Shown here piece by piece: positions 1-11,649 of a stretch of 64,000 nt of DNA. This stretch comes from Octopus bimaculoides (Eukaryota). A model generated the notes under the pieces. That model did not search any database. It was not told the origin of the DNA and saw only the letters and a program-made list of their open reading frames with translations. The stretch is from positions 33,173,088 through 33,237,087 of the forward strand of contig NC_068992.1 of NCBI RefSeq assembly GCF_001194135.2. Direction: 5' to 3'. Numbering within the stretch: position 1 is the stretch's first letter; the number at the start of each line of letters is the position of its first letter. The translations under genes and the position numbers were made by a program.

Positions 1-71
1 TATATATATATATATATAGGTGTGTGTATGTATGTATATATATATATATATTTATTTATTTATACATATAT

Positions 72-668
72 ATACACAAGGTGAGGTGAATATATTGTCG
101 CCTAAATTATGCAAAAATGAAAATAGCACTGACATGTCATTTTAACAGATATATTTACCAAAAGTACATAAAAATATCTAGAAATATTAAAGAGTACATT
201 TATTTGACAAAATCACCCTTGGCTTCAACCATGGCTTCCAGACAAGTTCGGAATCTCCTGCAGCTTTTCTGGATGGTGTCCTTGTTTCAGTTGATGAATG
301 CTGTCATAATCCATCTTTGGTGTTACAAGGACTTTTGCTGTCTCTCGCTCAACTGCACCCCACATAGTAATCAAGGGGGTTGCAGTCTGTGGAGTTAGGT
401 GGTCAGATGTTAGTGGTGATGTGGTCACAGAAATTGCTTGACAACCATGACTGGACTCTCCTGTTTGTGTGACAAGGTACAGAGCATCCACCCTCTTAAC
501 CCAAGACAGCTCTACCTCCTCCAAGCACTTAACATAGGCCTCCGTGTTGGATCTGATGCCATTTGGGAAGATGAGTGGAGGCATAACATCACCATCACTA
601 GTGATCACTCCAAACACCATGAGGTTGACTGGATGTTTGATTTTTATCACTCTCAGTACATATTTTGG
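72..668 (-). mobile_element. Tc1/mariner (maT/DD37D-like) transposase 3' remnant
   Basis: Minus-strand frames give KHPVNLMVFGVITSDGDVMPP and I*PPNSTDCNPLDYYV(W)GAVERE, matching the maT-type WPPNSPDxNPLDY motif; stop and frameshifts present; truncated by the adjacent RTE fragment. Confidence 0.8.
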
Positions 669-1660
669 CTGCTAGAATAAGAATAGGCTGGGTAAAATTC
701 AGGGAGCTCCTATCTCTGTTGGTAAGAAAAGTCCCCTCCCTCAGAGTAAAAGGTAGACTGTACAATGTCTGTGTGTGAACAGCCATGCTACAGGGCAGTG
801 AAACATGGGTTGTGACTACCAAGGACATACATAGGCTTGAAAGAAATGAAGCTAGTATGCGTCACTAGATGTGCATTATCAGTGTGCCTGTAGGACAGTG
901 TGTAAGCATCTTCAGAGAAAAGTTGAGAATAAAAGGCATCAGATATGGTGTGTATGAGTGACGACTGAAGTGGTGTGGTCAAGTAATGTGTATGGACAAG
1001 ACAGCTGTGTAAAGAAGTGCTGATCTCTAAATGTGGAGGGAACCTGTGAAAGAAGGAGACCGAGGAAGACATAAGACAGAGTGATGAGGCATGATCTTTG
1101 AACATTGGGCCTCACAGAGTAAATGAGTAGTGACCAAGACCTTTGGCAATGTGCCATGCTTGAGAAAACCCATCAAACCAAGTGAAATCATAATTGTGGC
1201 TGTTGTTAGTGTTATGTAACTGGCACTCATGCTGGTGGCACATAAAAAGCTCCTTTCATGCACTGGGCCTCACAGAGGCAATGTGGCCGGCGCCAGTGTT
1301 GCAAAACTAGCACCCGTGCTGGTGGCACTTAAAATATCACCTTTTGAATGTTAGGCCTCATGTAGGCAATGACAAATAACTGAGCCCTTTGGCAATATGC
1401 TGTGCTTGAGAAGAAGACACTTCAGGCCAAGTGAAATCGTAGTCATAGGAAATACTGGTGTAATGCAACTGGCACCCATCCTGGTGGCACACAAAAGCAC
1501 CCATTACACTCACGGAATGGTTGGTGTTATGAAGAGCATTCACCCATAGAAACAATGCCAAATGAGACTGGAGTCTTGTGCAGCTCCTCAGCTTTCCGGC
1601 CCAGGTCACACTGTCCAACCCATGCCAGCTTGTAAAACAGATGTTAAATGATGATGATGA
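669..1660 (+). mobile_element. RTE (BovB-like) LINE 3' fragment: RT C-terminus, 3' UTR and (GAT)n tail
   Basis: Translates ARIRIGWVKFRELLSLL...RVKGRLYNVCV*TAMLQGSETW...RLERNEASM; repeated GCTGGTGGCAC units in the UTR; ends in gatgttaaatgatgatgatgat. Confidence 0.85.
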
Positions 1661-1767
1661 TATGCATGTATATGTATATATGTGTGTTTGTGTGTATGTC
1701 TGTGTGTGTATGCATGTATATATATGTGTATATGTATGTGTTTGTATGTGCATATATATATATATAT

Positions 1768-2283
1768 NNNNNNNNNNNNNNNNNNNNNNNNNNNNNNNNN
1801 NNNNNNNNNNNNNNNNNNNNNNNNNNNNNNNNNNNNNNNNNNNNNNNNNNNNNNNNNNNNNNNNNNNNNNNNNNNNNNNNNNNNNNNNNNNNNNNNNNNN
1901 NNNNNNNNNNNNNNNNNNNNNNNNNNNNNNNNNNNNNNNNNNNNNNNNNNNNNNNNNNNNNNNNNNNNNNNNNNNNNNNNNNNNNNNNNNNNNNNNNNNN
2001 NNNNNNNNNNNNNNNNNNNNNNNNNNNNNNNNNNNNNNNNNNNNNNNNNNNNNNNNNNNNNNNNNNNNNNNNNNNNNNNNNNNNNNNNNNNNNNNNNNNN
2101 NNNNNNNNNNNNNNNNNNNNNNNNNNNNNNNNNNNNNNNNNNNNNNNNNNNNNNNNNNNNNNNNNNNNNNNNNNNNNNNNNNNNNNNNNNNNNNNNNNNN
2201 NNNNNNNNNNNNNNNNNNNNNNNNNNNNNNNNNNNNNNNNNNNNNNNNNNNNNNNNNNNNNNNNNNNNNNNNNNNNNNNNNNN
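1768..2283. other. Assembly gap (N run) flanked by (TA)n/(TG)n microsatellite
   Basis: 516 N characters. Confidence 0.99.
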
Positions 2284-2325
<42 letters not shown>

Positions 2326-2372
2326 CACACACGTGTGAATGTGTATATATATATATATATACTTATGTACAT

Positions 2373-2550
2373 AGGAGTGGCTAGCCAAAGGAAGTGCTCT
2401 GTGGTAAGTATCTCACTTACCAACCACATGGGTCCAGGTTCAGTCCAACTGCATGGCACCTTGGGTAAGTAGCTTCTACTATATCTTTGGGCTGACCAAA
2501 GCCTTGTGAGTGGATTTGGTAGACAGAAACTGAAAGTAACCTGTTGTATT

Positions 2551-2597
<47 letters not shown>

Positions 2598-2800
2598 GTC
2601 AGTGTTTGGCCCCCTCCACCATGGCCTGATAACCAATATTGATGTGTTTATGTCCCCATAACTTGGTTCAGCAAAAGAGACCGATAGAATAAGTACTAGG
2701 CTTACAAAGAATAAATCCTGGGGTCTATTTGTTCTACTAAATGCAGTGCTCCTGCATGGCCACAGTTAAACTGACTGAAACAAATAAGAGAATAAGGGAA
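2373..2800 (+). mobile_element. tRNA-derived SINE, family A (internal microsatellite)
   Basis: Degenerate A box and B box (GGTTCAGTCC), conserved CCAAAGCCTTGTGAGTGGATTTGGTAGAC block shared with many copies in the window. Confidence 0.85.
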
Positions 2801-2960
2801 TAATCGAATGCATATATATATGTATATCTGTATGTATGTATATGTATATATGTATATATATATACGTATATATGTATGTGTATGTATATATATGTATGTA
2901 TATATATATGTATGACTAAATGCAAGAATTTACTGTGGACAAAGCTGTGTGGCGTTCAAT

Positions 2961-3332
2961 TATAAATAAATAAAAAATACACATTAAGTACAGGGCATCC
3001 GACAAGCAAAAAACACGCAAACACACGAGCGACAAGCACACGACAAAAAGCACAAACAATACACAATAAGACATGACATCAACAATGAGTAAAATATATG
3101 TAAACACATAATGAGAGACAAGTATGGGACAAAATACCAAAAGAAGTCTAATTCCTCTTTAGTTATCAACTGTTTATTACTCCCTATTTTGAGCTTTCAC
3201 TTGACATGTGTTTATGTATTTTTCACTCGTTGCTGATGTCCTGTTCTTATTGAGCTTGTCTCTCATGCGTTTGGATGTGTTTCACTTGTTGGCGATGTCC
3301 TGTACTTAATATGCACTTTTTATTTATTTATA
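2961..3332. mobile_element. Fold-back element with modular inverted arms (two ~55 bp units per arm)
   Basis: 2961-3006 is the reverse complement of 3285-3332 with few mismatches; inner units 3068-3125 match 3205-3267 inverted. Confidence 0.7.
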
Positions 3333-3351
3333 TGTATGTATATATATATAC

Positions 3352-3730
3352 GTGCAGGCATGGCTTCATGGTCAGAAGCTTGCTTCACAACCACATGGTT
3401 CTGAGTTTCGGTCCTACTGCATGACATCTTGGGCAAGTGTCTTCCACTATAGCCTTAGGCCAACCAAAGCCTTGTGAGTGGATTTGGTAGATAGAACCTG
3501 AAAGAAGCCTGTCATAGATATATATATATATACATATGTTTGTTGCCCTACCATCTCTTGACAACTGATGCTGGTGTGTTTACGTCTCCATAACTTAGTG
3601 GTTGGGCAAAAGAGAATGATAGAATAAGTACTAGGTTTGCAAAGAATAAGGCCTGGGGTCAATTCGTTCACCTAAAGGTGGTGCTCTTGTATGGCTGCAG
3701 TCAAATGACTGAAACCAGTAAAGGAATAAA
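3352..3730 (+). mobile_element. SINE family A
   Basis: Same head and conserved blocks as other family A copies. Confidence 0.85.
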
Positions 3731-3860
3731 AGAATATATATATATATATATATATGTAAGCATATATATATATATGTATATTTATGTATGTATATATATA
3801 TGTATATATGTATGCATATATATATATGTATGTGTATATATATGTATGCATATATATATA

Positions 3861-3913
<53 letters not shown>

Positions 3914-4139
3914 GTATATATGTATATATATAGCAGTGGCAGCTTTCTCATATACAAGCTAAACCATCACTAAAAAATATCATTCAAATGAGTCATCGAT
4001 AATGCAGTGTGAGGCCCTTATATTATTCTTGAGTCCTACCAAATATTTGCACATTTTATTGTATAATGCATAGTTGTGCTGGCTGGCAGAGGGAACAGGT
4101 ACTACAGTATGAAGTCTTTTAACATGTTTTTTAATCCTC

Positions 4140-4340
4140 TACTCAACAGCACACCTTTCCACACGTTGCACATGTTCTGTTGTGAACAATAGCCGTATCA
4201 GAATTTACAAGGGGTTGATTTCTGTGACATCTCTGATGGCTGACCAGGCCTGCATGACTCAAGCATTTCCTCCTACATACACATGTATATGTGTATGTTT
4301 GAATGAGAGTTGAATCATAGTTATGCAAAACCGACAAAAG
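4140..4340 (-). mobile_element. LINE C-terminal C2H2 zinc-finger remnant (RTE-X-like)
   Basis: CVCRRKCLSHAGLVSHQRCH followed by TCATCGKVC; isolated, no splice context. Confidence 0.55.
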
Positions 4341-5400
4341 TCATTTGAAATGATATGTTGGTAGTCCCCATCACAAGCAATACTTTTGCACCATTAGTGA
4401 ATCTAAGTTGTGACCCATTTTTGAAACAATTACATGTGTGCATGTTATATCCACTTCTTCTTTACAGTGAATTTCACTTTTTCTTTCACCATCAAATCTC
4501 TGCCTCTGAAGACTATTCTGCACTAGCCTGAACAGATGGAAGTTGTAGAAAACCAGATGTGGGCTGAATAGTAGTTGGAAGGATCTATTACCAGCTCAGT
4601 GTTAATTGTTTGATTTGTTGTCTTAGATGTGTGTAGTCATCCATTGTTATGGTGAATATGGATTGTTTCTCTTATACTTGTTCAGTGTCTTCTTTAAGCA
4701 GTTTTTGTATCTCTGTGTACCACTTGCTGTTCAAAGTACAACCACATTCCAGAATATTAAAGTGAATGACAGACTTGTCATCCTTAAACCTGTCACCATA
4801 ACTTTCTATGTTGATTACTGTTTTTTAAAATTCTGTGGCATTAGACTAAGCCATTATTTCTAGATCATAAAGATAAGTTCACATTTCATTCCTGTCACCA
4901 GATTGAAATACAGCATGCCTTCATTGACTTTCAACATTTCTAGCTGATCAGCACACACCTTCCACTCTTCACCTGTTCAAATTGGTTGTCAACTACTAAG
5001 ATGTCTACTTTGCAACACTTTCCAATATCCAAAGTCTTCCACCATCTTTTGTAATGCATTGTAACCTCAGTCTTGTGCAGCAAATTCAGAGATTGTGATT
5101 TATCTATCCACAAAATCAGTTTGTATACTCACTTGTGATTTGTGTCAGTAGTCACACTAAATGGTCTTCCACTGCATGGTTTGCCTTCAATGCTGGTTTT
5201 CCCTTTAAACTCTTTCATCCATCTGTGCACATTACACATGTTAATGGTCATCTCTATGAATAACAGTAGCATTCTGCCATAAGACAGTCTGCCTTCACAC
5301 TTTCATCATGAACACAATAACGAGACATTTAGTCTGCATTGAAACCATTATTTTCTTGAAATGAGGAAGAATAGAAAGAAATTCACTACTGCAAATGAGA
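4340..5400 (-). mobile_element. Highly decayed mariner element
   Basis: Minus frame VHRWMKEFKGKTSIEGKPCSGRP matches the mariner N-terminal W..RF..GR.S.ED..RSGRP motif; many stops. Confidence 0.65.
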
Positions 5401-5479
5401 AGGTCTGCACACATATGTACTAATTACAACACTAGTTAGTAAAAAGATTGTGAACAATTTTGCATTAGTTTTGATACAA

Positions 5480-5632
5480 CCTTCACATATGTGTGTGCAC
5501 ATGTGTGTATGTATGTATACATGCATGCAGGTATATTACATACATACATACATGCATGCATGCATACATACATACATACATACATACATGCATGCATGCA
5601 TGCATACATACATACATACGTACATATATACA

Positions 5633-5662
<30 letters not shown>
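5480..5662. repeat. (TACA)n/(CATG) microsatellite
   Basis: Direct inspection. Confidence 0.95.
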
Positions 5663-5664
<2 letters not shown>

Positions 5665-5830
5665 AGGCAAGCGGGCAGATTCGTTAGCATGTCAGGCAAA
5701 ATACTTAGATGGATTTCTTCTATCCTTACATTCTAAGTTCAAATTCCACCAAAGTCGACTTTGCCTTTCATCCATTCAGGGTCAATAAAATAAGTACCAT
5801 TTGAACCCTGGGGTCAACCAATGTAATCAA
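5663..5830 (+). mobile_element. SINE family B
   Basis: GACTTTGCCTTTCATCC...GTCAATAAAATAAGTACC block shared with copies at 20.2, 30.8, 33.1-33.7, 35.1 and 42.4 kb. Confidence 0.8.
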
Positions 5831-6299
5831 TTTAACTGCTCCTGGGTAAGAGGATAAAAACTGCACCCCTCTACCATGCCATGTTGAGCAAACCACTATG
5901 ATTGAAAGCTCAAACTCACAACTCCTACCTTAGGCCATGTTTGGTGAAGAGAACATTTGTTGACAATTATTGTATATACAGAAAACTTATGCCTCATTTT
6001 TAAGCTAGTTTTAGCATATTTAATGAATGATCAAAGCATTAATTAGCTAATTTGAAATAATTATATCATGAGAAAAAAACCAATTATTTTGACAACTTCA
6101 GGAGACAACTCCAAGAAATTCAATCTTACTACGGCCAAATGAGTGAAATATATACTTCACCAAATTTTGAAGAATATACAGGAACTGGCACCAAAAACTA
6201 GAAGTATTTAGAAAATTGATAAATCTGAGATGGCAGATGTACAGTTAAATTTTTGTACCAACATCCTAGAACTAGTTCAGCACTATCTCAGCAGATATA

Positions 6300-6589
6300 T
6301 TCTTTCATTCTTTTACTTGTTTCAGTCATTTGACTCCGGCCATGCCGGAGCACCGACTTTTTTTAGTCAAAGAAATTGATCTCAAGACTTGTTTTTGTAA
6401 GTCTATTACCTATTTTATTGGTCTCTTTTTGCTGAACTGCTAAGTTACAGGGATGTAAACACACCAAAATCAGTTGTCAAGTAATGGTGGGAGGACAAAC
6501 ACAGACACAAACACCCACCCACACAAATANNNNNNNNNNAATGGTGGGAGGACAAACACAGACACAAACACCCACCCACACAAATATAT

Positions 6590-6647
<58 letters not shown>

Positions 6648-7125
6648 CCTCATCATCATCCTCATTATCGTTCAATGTCCATCTGCCATGCATGCATGGG
6701 TAGGACAGTTCACCAGAGCTGGCCAGGTTGAAAAACTACCCCAGGTTACTGTGTCTGTTTTGGCAGGGATTTTACAGCTGGATATCTTTCCTAACACCAA
6801 CCTTCCTGAGTGGACTCAGTGATTTTTACATGGCACTAGTACAGGCAAGGTTAGTTTTGGCATGATTTTTACTGCTGGATGCCCTTCCAAATGCCAACCA
6901 GTGAGGACTGGGTGCTTTTTATGTGGCACCAGCAGTGGCAGGGTCACAATATAACTTGCAAGACAAGGAATATATATATAAATGACAGGCTTCTCTCAGT
7001 TTCCATCTACCAAATCCATTCACAAGGCTTTGGTTAGCCTAAGGTGCTATGCAGTGGGACTGAACCCAGGATTGTGTGCTTGGGAAGCAACTTTCTTACC
7101 ACACAACCACACCTGTGCCTACATC
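6300..7125 (-). mobile_element. SINE family A interrupted by an RTE 3' fragment
   Basis: SINE tail 6300-6600 and head 6985-7125 flank an RTE UTR piece. Confidence 0.75.
6650..6965 (-). mobile_element. RTE LINE 3' UTR fragment
   Basis: Starts with (CAT)n tail; similar to the reverse complement of 1400-1655. Confidence 0.75.
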
Positions 7126-7884
7126 ATGAATATACCACTAGGTCCAGTTTCACAGAGCCAGCAGAATGTCTATGACTTCTTGTAACTGCATAAGAACCTA
7201 AAACGATCAGGGAAGACATGGTACTTGCTATCAAGGCATAATCATAGGCAACTGACTGCTATGATATATTTATTACAGGGAGCAAAGGGGAGAAAATCAA
7301 CTAGTACTAATTCAGTGTAAATTTGCCAATTTAAATTTGAGATAACACAAACTTCTCCCCTTAGATTTTAATCTGTATAAATGTAAATCAGTTATCTTTA
7401 ACATGATAATGGTCAACTTTCACAATGTATGCATCATTAGATTATTGTTAGGAAACAAAAATTTTGAGATAAATGTTAATTTTTAGTAATTTAATGCTGT
7501 CATCTAAACTAAACTAAAACAGCAAGTGGTTTGACTACTTAGTATAACCATATGCATGGGAAAAAAACCTCAGATGTTTGAGAGACACAAAACATCAAGG
7601 AATTTAGTCGATATTATCAACAACAATATTTCAATACTTATTTTAAACAATACAGACTGAAATATCATAATGTATGCAGAAACTATGCTGAAGCATCTTT
7701 CGCATATATGTATGAATGTAAGTATGTACATATGTATGTACGTATGTATGTATGTATGTATAAGTGTATGGTGCCAGTTGCCACTAAGAGGTTGGTCTGC
7801 TCTCTCTGAAAGTAGGGGAAATTTTAATAAATCAAGAATTTATTGCATATGTTATGTGTGTGCACATGCATGTGAGTGTGCGTG

Positions 7885-7921
<37 letters not shown>

Positions 7922-8022
7922 CTGTGTGTGTGTGTGTATTTATATATATATTCATATATAACAATATCTATATCTATATATATATATATATACACACATA
8001 CATACATACATACATGTGTGTG

Positions 8023-8059
<37 letters not shown>

Positions 8060-8758
8060 GAAATATGTGTGTACGTATCTGAAGAACCTGTTGTTTGGGT
8101 TGGTAAGGATGGCAGTGCTCACTGAGACAAGAATTATAAATATTAATTATCAAATATAAAAAGGGAAATGATTGCTAATTCACTACAAAAATGCTAATTT
8201 AATGCATGAAATTCATTATATACTTCACAGTAAATGGATACTATTTTGATGTTAGATAAGTGGAATATTTACTGCCTTTCAAGTTGTATATACACAAAAC
8301 ATTACACTGTTAATAGCATTCATAGTAAGTTCAGCTCCAAAGTACAAAAGTATAGTTGAAATAAAGGCAAAAATTAAACTGCCTTCAAATTTTCTGTCTT
8401 CATAACATTGTGAGAAGTGTATGCATGTGTATCTTATTTTGTATATGTGCATTTTGCTTATCATGCATAGGGTAATTTTAAGAGAAATTTTCTCCCCTGT
8501 ATGTGTATAAAAAAGTAATTTTATACATCAATATACACACAACAATCACACACATTCACACTAGTTGGGCCTCTGTAAAAATTTGATTTACAAAATTTCA
8601 CTCGCAGGGTAGTAGTCCAAAGAGGACACTTATCTAAGTGGCACAGAATGGGATAGACCATATAACAATGTGCTTGTAAAGTGAAAGTCTTGTCCTTACA
8701 GATTAGCGAAGCCCTTACTTACATATGTGTGTTTACATATGTATGCATACATATATAT

Positions 8759-8799
<41 letters not shown>

Positions 8800-8803
<4 letters not shown>

Positions 8804-9200
8804 TTATGAGCGACATTCATTAACACTGTATATAAACTCTGTATTTGGAATAACCAATCTCGAAGACTGTTGGACTTTATCTCTAGGGTATTGGAATCTT
8901 AACAATGGATTTACAAAGCCAACGACCAATCTTAAAGACTATTGGATCTTACTCACAAGGTATTGGAATCTTATATGTATAACATTTTACCTAAACAATG
9001 GATTTAGAAATACAATATCCCTACATTCACTCTCTATTTCCTATCTTAACTAAACTAACTATTGCTTAATCATCCTCTCACACCGTCTCGGATGAAGGGA
9101 TATAATAAATATCCAGGAAACAGCTGTAAGACATTTGATTAATAAATGTTCTATATTATATACAGCCTTGGTTTTTTTTATCTCATTACGAAAAGTATAT
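8800..9200 (+). mobile_element. Penelope-like element terminal region with HHR remnant
   Basis: Contains the HHR at 9085-9132 followed by AATAAA; internal ~70 bp tandem duplication at 8855-9010. Confidence 0.6.
9085..9132 (+). ncRNA. Minimal type I hammerhead ribozyme, core-mutated
   Basis: GUCU-CGGAUGA-AG-GGAUAU/AUAUCC-AG-GAAAC-AGCU-GUA-AGAC: stem I GUCU/AGAC, palindromic AGCU loop III, GUA site; U4 is G. Confidence 0.75.
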
Positions 9201-9205
9201 CCTAT

Positions 9206-9206
<1 letters not shown>

Positions 9207-9274
<68 letters not shown>

Positions 9275-9305
9275 CAGACAGATAGATAGATAGACAGGCA
9301 GACAG

Positions 9306-9381
<76 letters not shown>

Positions 9382-9400
9382 ATAGATATAGATATAGATA
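9207..9400. repeat. (TAGA)n microsatellite
   Basis: Direct inspection. Confidence 0.97.
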
Positions 9401-9529
9401 TACATTTATGAATTTGTTTTGTGAGATTCCTGATGTGTGATCATGTGTTGATACAGATATTGTTATATTTCGCGATAGTTGTACTTTCTTTTTTTTGCCA
9501 AGTAAACACATGCACTATCTATATGTTCT

Positions 9530-9790
9530 CCACTTGTTTATTATTGCTTTTGTTTTATATAAGTCCATTGTCTTAAAATCTTTCATCATATATCTGTTAC
9601 CTCTCCAGTGACCCTTTCCATCCACATGTATTCTCTTGCTTTGCCTAATCTATTCTGAATGGATTAGGCAGAGTAGGAGAATACACATGGATGGAAAGAG
9701 TTGGCAAGGGTCACTGAAGAGGTCACAGATAGGCAACGAAAGATTTCCAGACAAGGGACATGTATAAAACAACAATGATAATAAATGAGT
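9530..9790. mobile_element. Fold-back palindrome with HHR-like motif in each arm
   Basis: Arms of about 120 bp around centre 9651-9661; right arm CUGAAGA-G-GUCACAGAUAGGCAAC-GAAAG at 9714-9742; left arm carries the antisense copy. Confidence 0.8.
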
Positions 9791-9794
9791 GATC

Positions 9795-9945
9795 AGAAAA
9801 ACACAAATTGCACAACTTACGAACTAAACACAGTGATGTTACTTGACACACTTCCTCATGAAAGTCATTGCTAGCTGTCACTGCACACACAACAGTGTGC
9901 TGCCAGCTGTTGGCATGCTACAAAACTAGTCTAGGAACTTTTTGA
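9795..9945 (-). mobile_element. Mariner 5' end/TIR fragment
   Basis: Similar to 58230-58390, the 5' end of the mariner at 57.5-58.4 kb. Confidence 0.65.
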
Positions 9946-10349
9946 TACAACCTAGATATATTTACATGTATATATCTAGTTTATTATTCCATTATAAGTA
10001 GGATCCCCCAAAAAGTACCCCATCTACTAAGAGATAAAAATCATTTAGTATACATAGTATTTAAATAATAGCCACAAATAGTTTGTTTCTAAGCAGTCCT
10101 TCAGGCTCAGTGCACATGGTTAGACCTATTTAAAAGGCAGGACGCTGTTCTATGAGAAAGCATGAGGTAAAAAATGAGTAGGTGGCTGATGCAAGAAGTG
10201 CAACAATAAGACAAAGGGTGAATAAAAATGGAAAAAGATTGAAAATCAAGAGTTGCTTCCACTTGATAGAAATCATAATTAATCTAGATGTAGTTGAATA
10301 ATTCAACAGGGAAATCAAAATCTGTGAGACAACTGCTCAATCTGGAGAG

Positions 10350-10830
10350 GTTGGTGTTCTCCAGTTCAACAAAAGAAATTTGTTCAGATGCTCACATTTG
10401 CTTAAAATTTCAGCTTTGGAATTAAGTAGTGTGGTGAAATTCTTGGATCTAAAAAGAATGTGCAATCTTTCAGCTTTGCACATTTTGCATGTTTGATTCA
10501 TTTACATATGGTGTAGATTCTTCACTTGATTGTATGTGGTGTGCAGTTGGTCTTCAGATCCAATACATGACTTACCAACTTAGTGGTTTTATTTTTGTTT
10601 AAAATTACCTTTCTGTAAACTAACATGATTTTTCTTTTCAATTACATTACCTTGGAGCATTGCTGTGACTTTGATTCATAAACAACTGAATTTATCGAAC
10701 ATGCCTGATCAAGAGTGAAGTTAGAAGATTTCAACGGTTAGAACTGGGAATGGGCTCTTGGTGTGAGTTGTAAGTGAAAATATCCTTCATATTGGGGCAG
10801 CAGCCACATGATTTTTTGCTACCCTGGTAA
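10350..10830 (-). mobile_element. Naiad-type Penelope-like element, GIY-YIG endonuclease C-terminal fragment
   Basis: KSCGCCPNMKDIF, KTTKLVSHVLDLK and TCKMCKAERLHIL...LLNSKAEILSKCEHLNKFL motifs. Confidence 0.7.
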
Positions 10831-10840
10831 CTCTTTATTT

Positions 10841-11499
10841 ATTCTGTTGTGTTTGGGAGAGTCATTCCCTGTTAGTATTTTATAATTTAACACACTCACT
10901 GGTAAAATTTCCACTCATTTACTCTTTTACTTGTTTCAGTCATTTGACTGCGGCCATGCTGGAGCACCGCCTTTAGTCGAACAAATCGACCCCAGGATTT
11001 ATTCTTTGTAAGCCTAGTACTTATTCTATCAGTCTCTTTTGCCGAACCGCTAAGTTACGGGGATGTAAACACACCACCATCGGTTGTCAAGCGATGTTGG
11101 GGGGACAAACACAGACACACAAACATATACACACATATACATATATACGACAGGCTTCTTCCAGTTTCCATCTACCGAATCCACTCACAAAGCTTTGGTA
11201 GGCCCGAGGCTATAGTAGAAGACACTTGCCCAAGGTGCCACGCAGTGGGAATGAACCTAGAACCATGTGGTTGGTAAGCAAGTTACTTACCACACAGCCA
11301 CTCCTGCACCTAAAATTTTCATTGCATCTTCCAACCTTTTCAATAGTTGTTCACTCTCTCCACAACTATTGAAAAGGTTACAAGACACAACAAAAATTTT
11401 TAGAAAAATAAATAAGTAAATGAGTGGAAATTTTACCAGTGAGTGTGTTAAATTATAAGGCACTAAAAGAGAATGACTCTCCCCAGACTCAACAGAATA
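10841..11499. mobile_element. Fold-back palindrome split by a SINE, with divergent HHR-like motifs
   Basis: 10841-10923 plus 11311-11350 is the reverse complement of 11362-11499; perfect 18 bp inverted repeat 11333-11350/11362-11379 with an 11 nt loop. Confidence 0.8.
10924..11310 (-). mobile_element. SINE family A, well preserved
   Basis: Full head to tail, CpGs retained. Confidence 0.9.
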
Positions 11500-11649
11500 T
11501 GCTTCAACACACTAACTCACATAAAGAATCTTGCAAACCAAATCCCAAAACAAAATATTTATTTATTTTTCCTTGTTATTCGTACACACGGAAAAAATAC
11601 ATACATTTATATACACTTCTTAACTAGGTTTCCATGTAACCTGCAAATA

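Noticed and set aside
1358-2472. Long ORFs in the track here and at 30264-30719, 31841-32128 and 55873-56947
   Set aside because: They run through N gaps and microsatellites; not coding
6483-6586. 47 bp direct repeat
   Set aside because: Flanks a 10-N gap; assembly artefact
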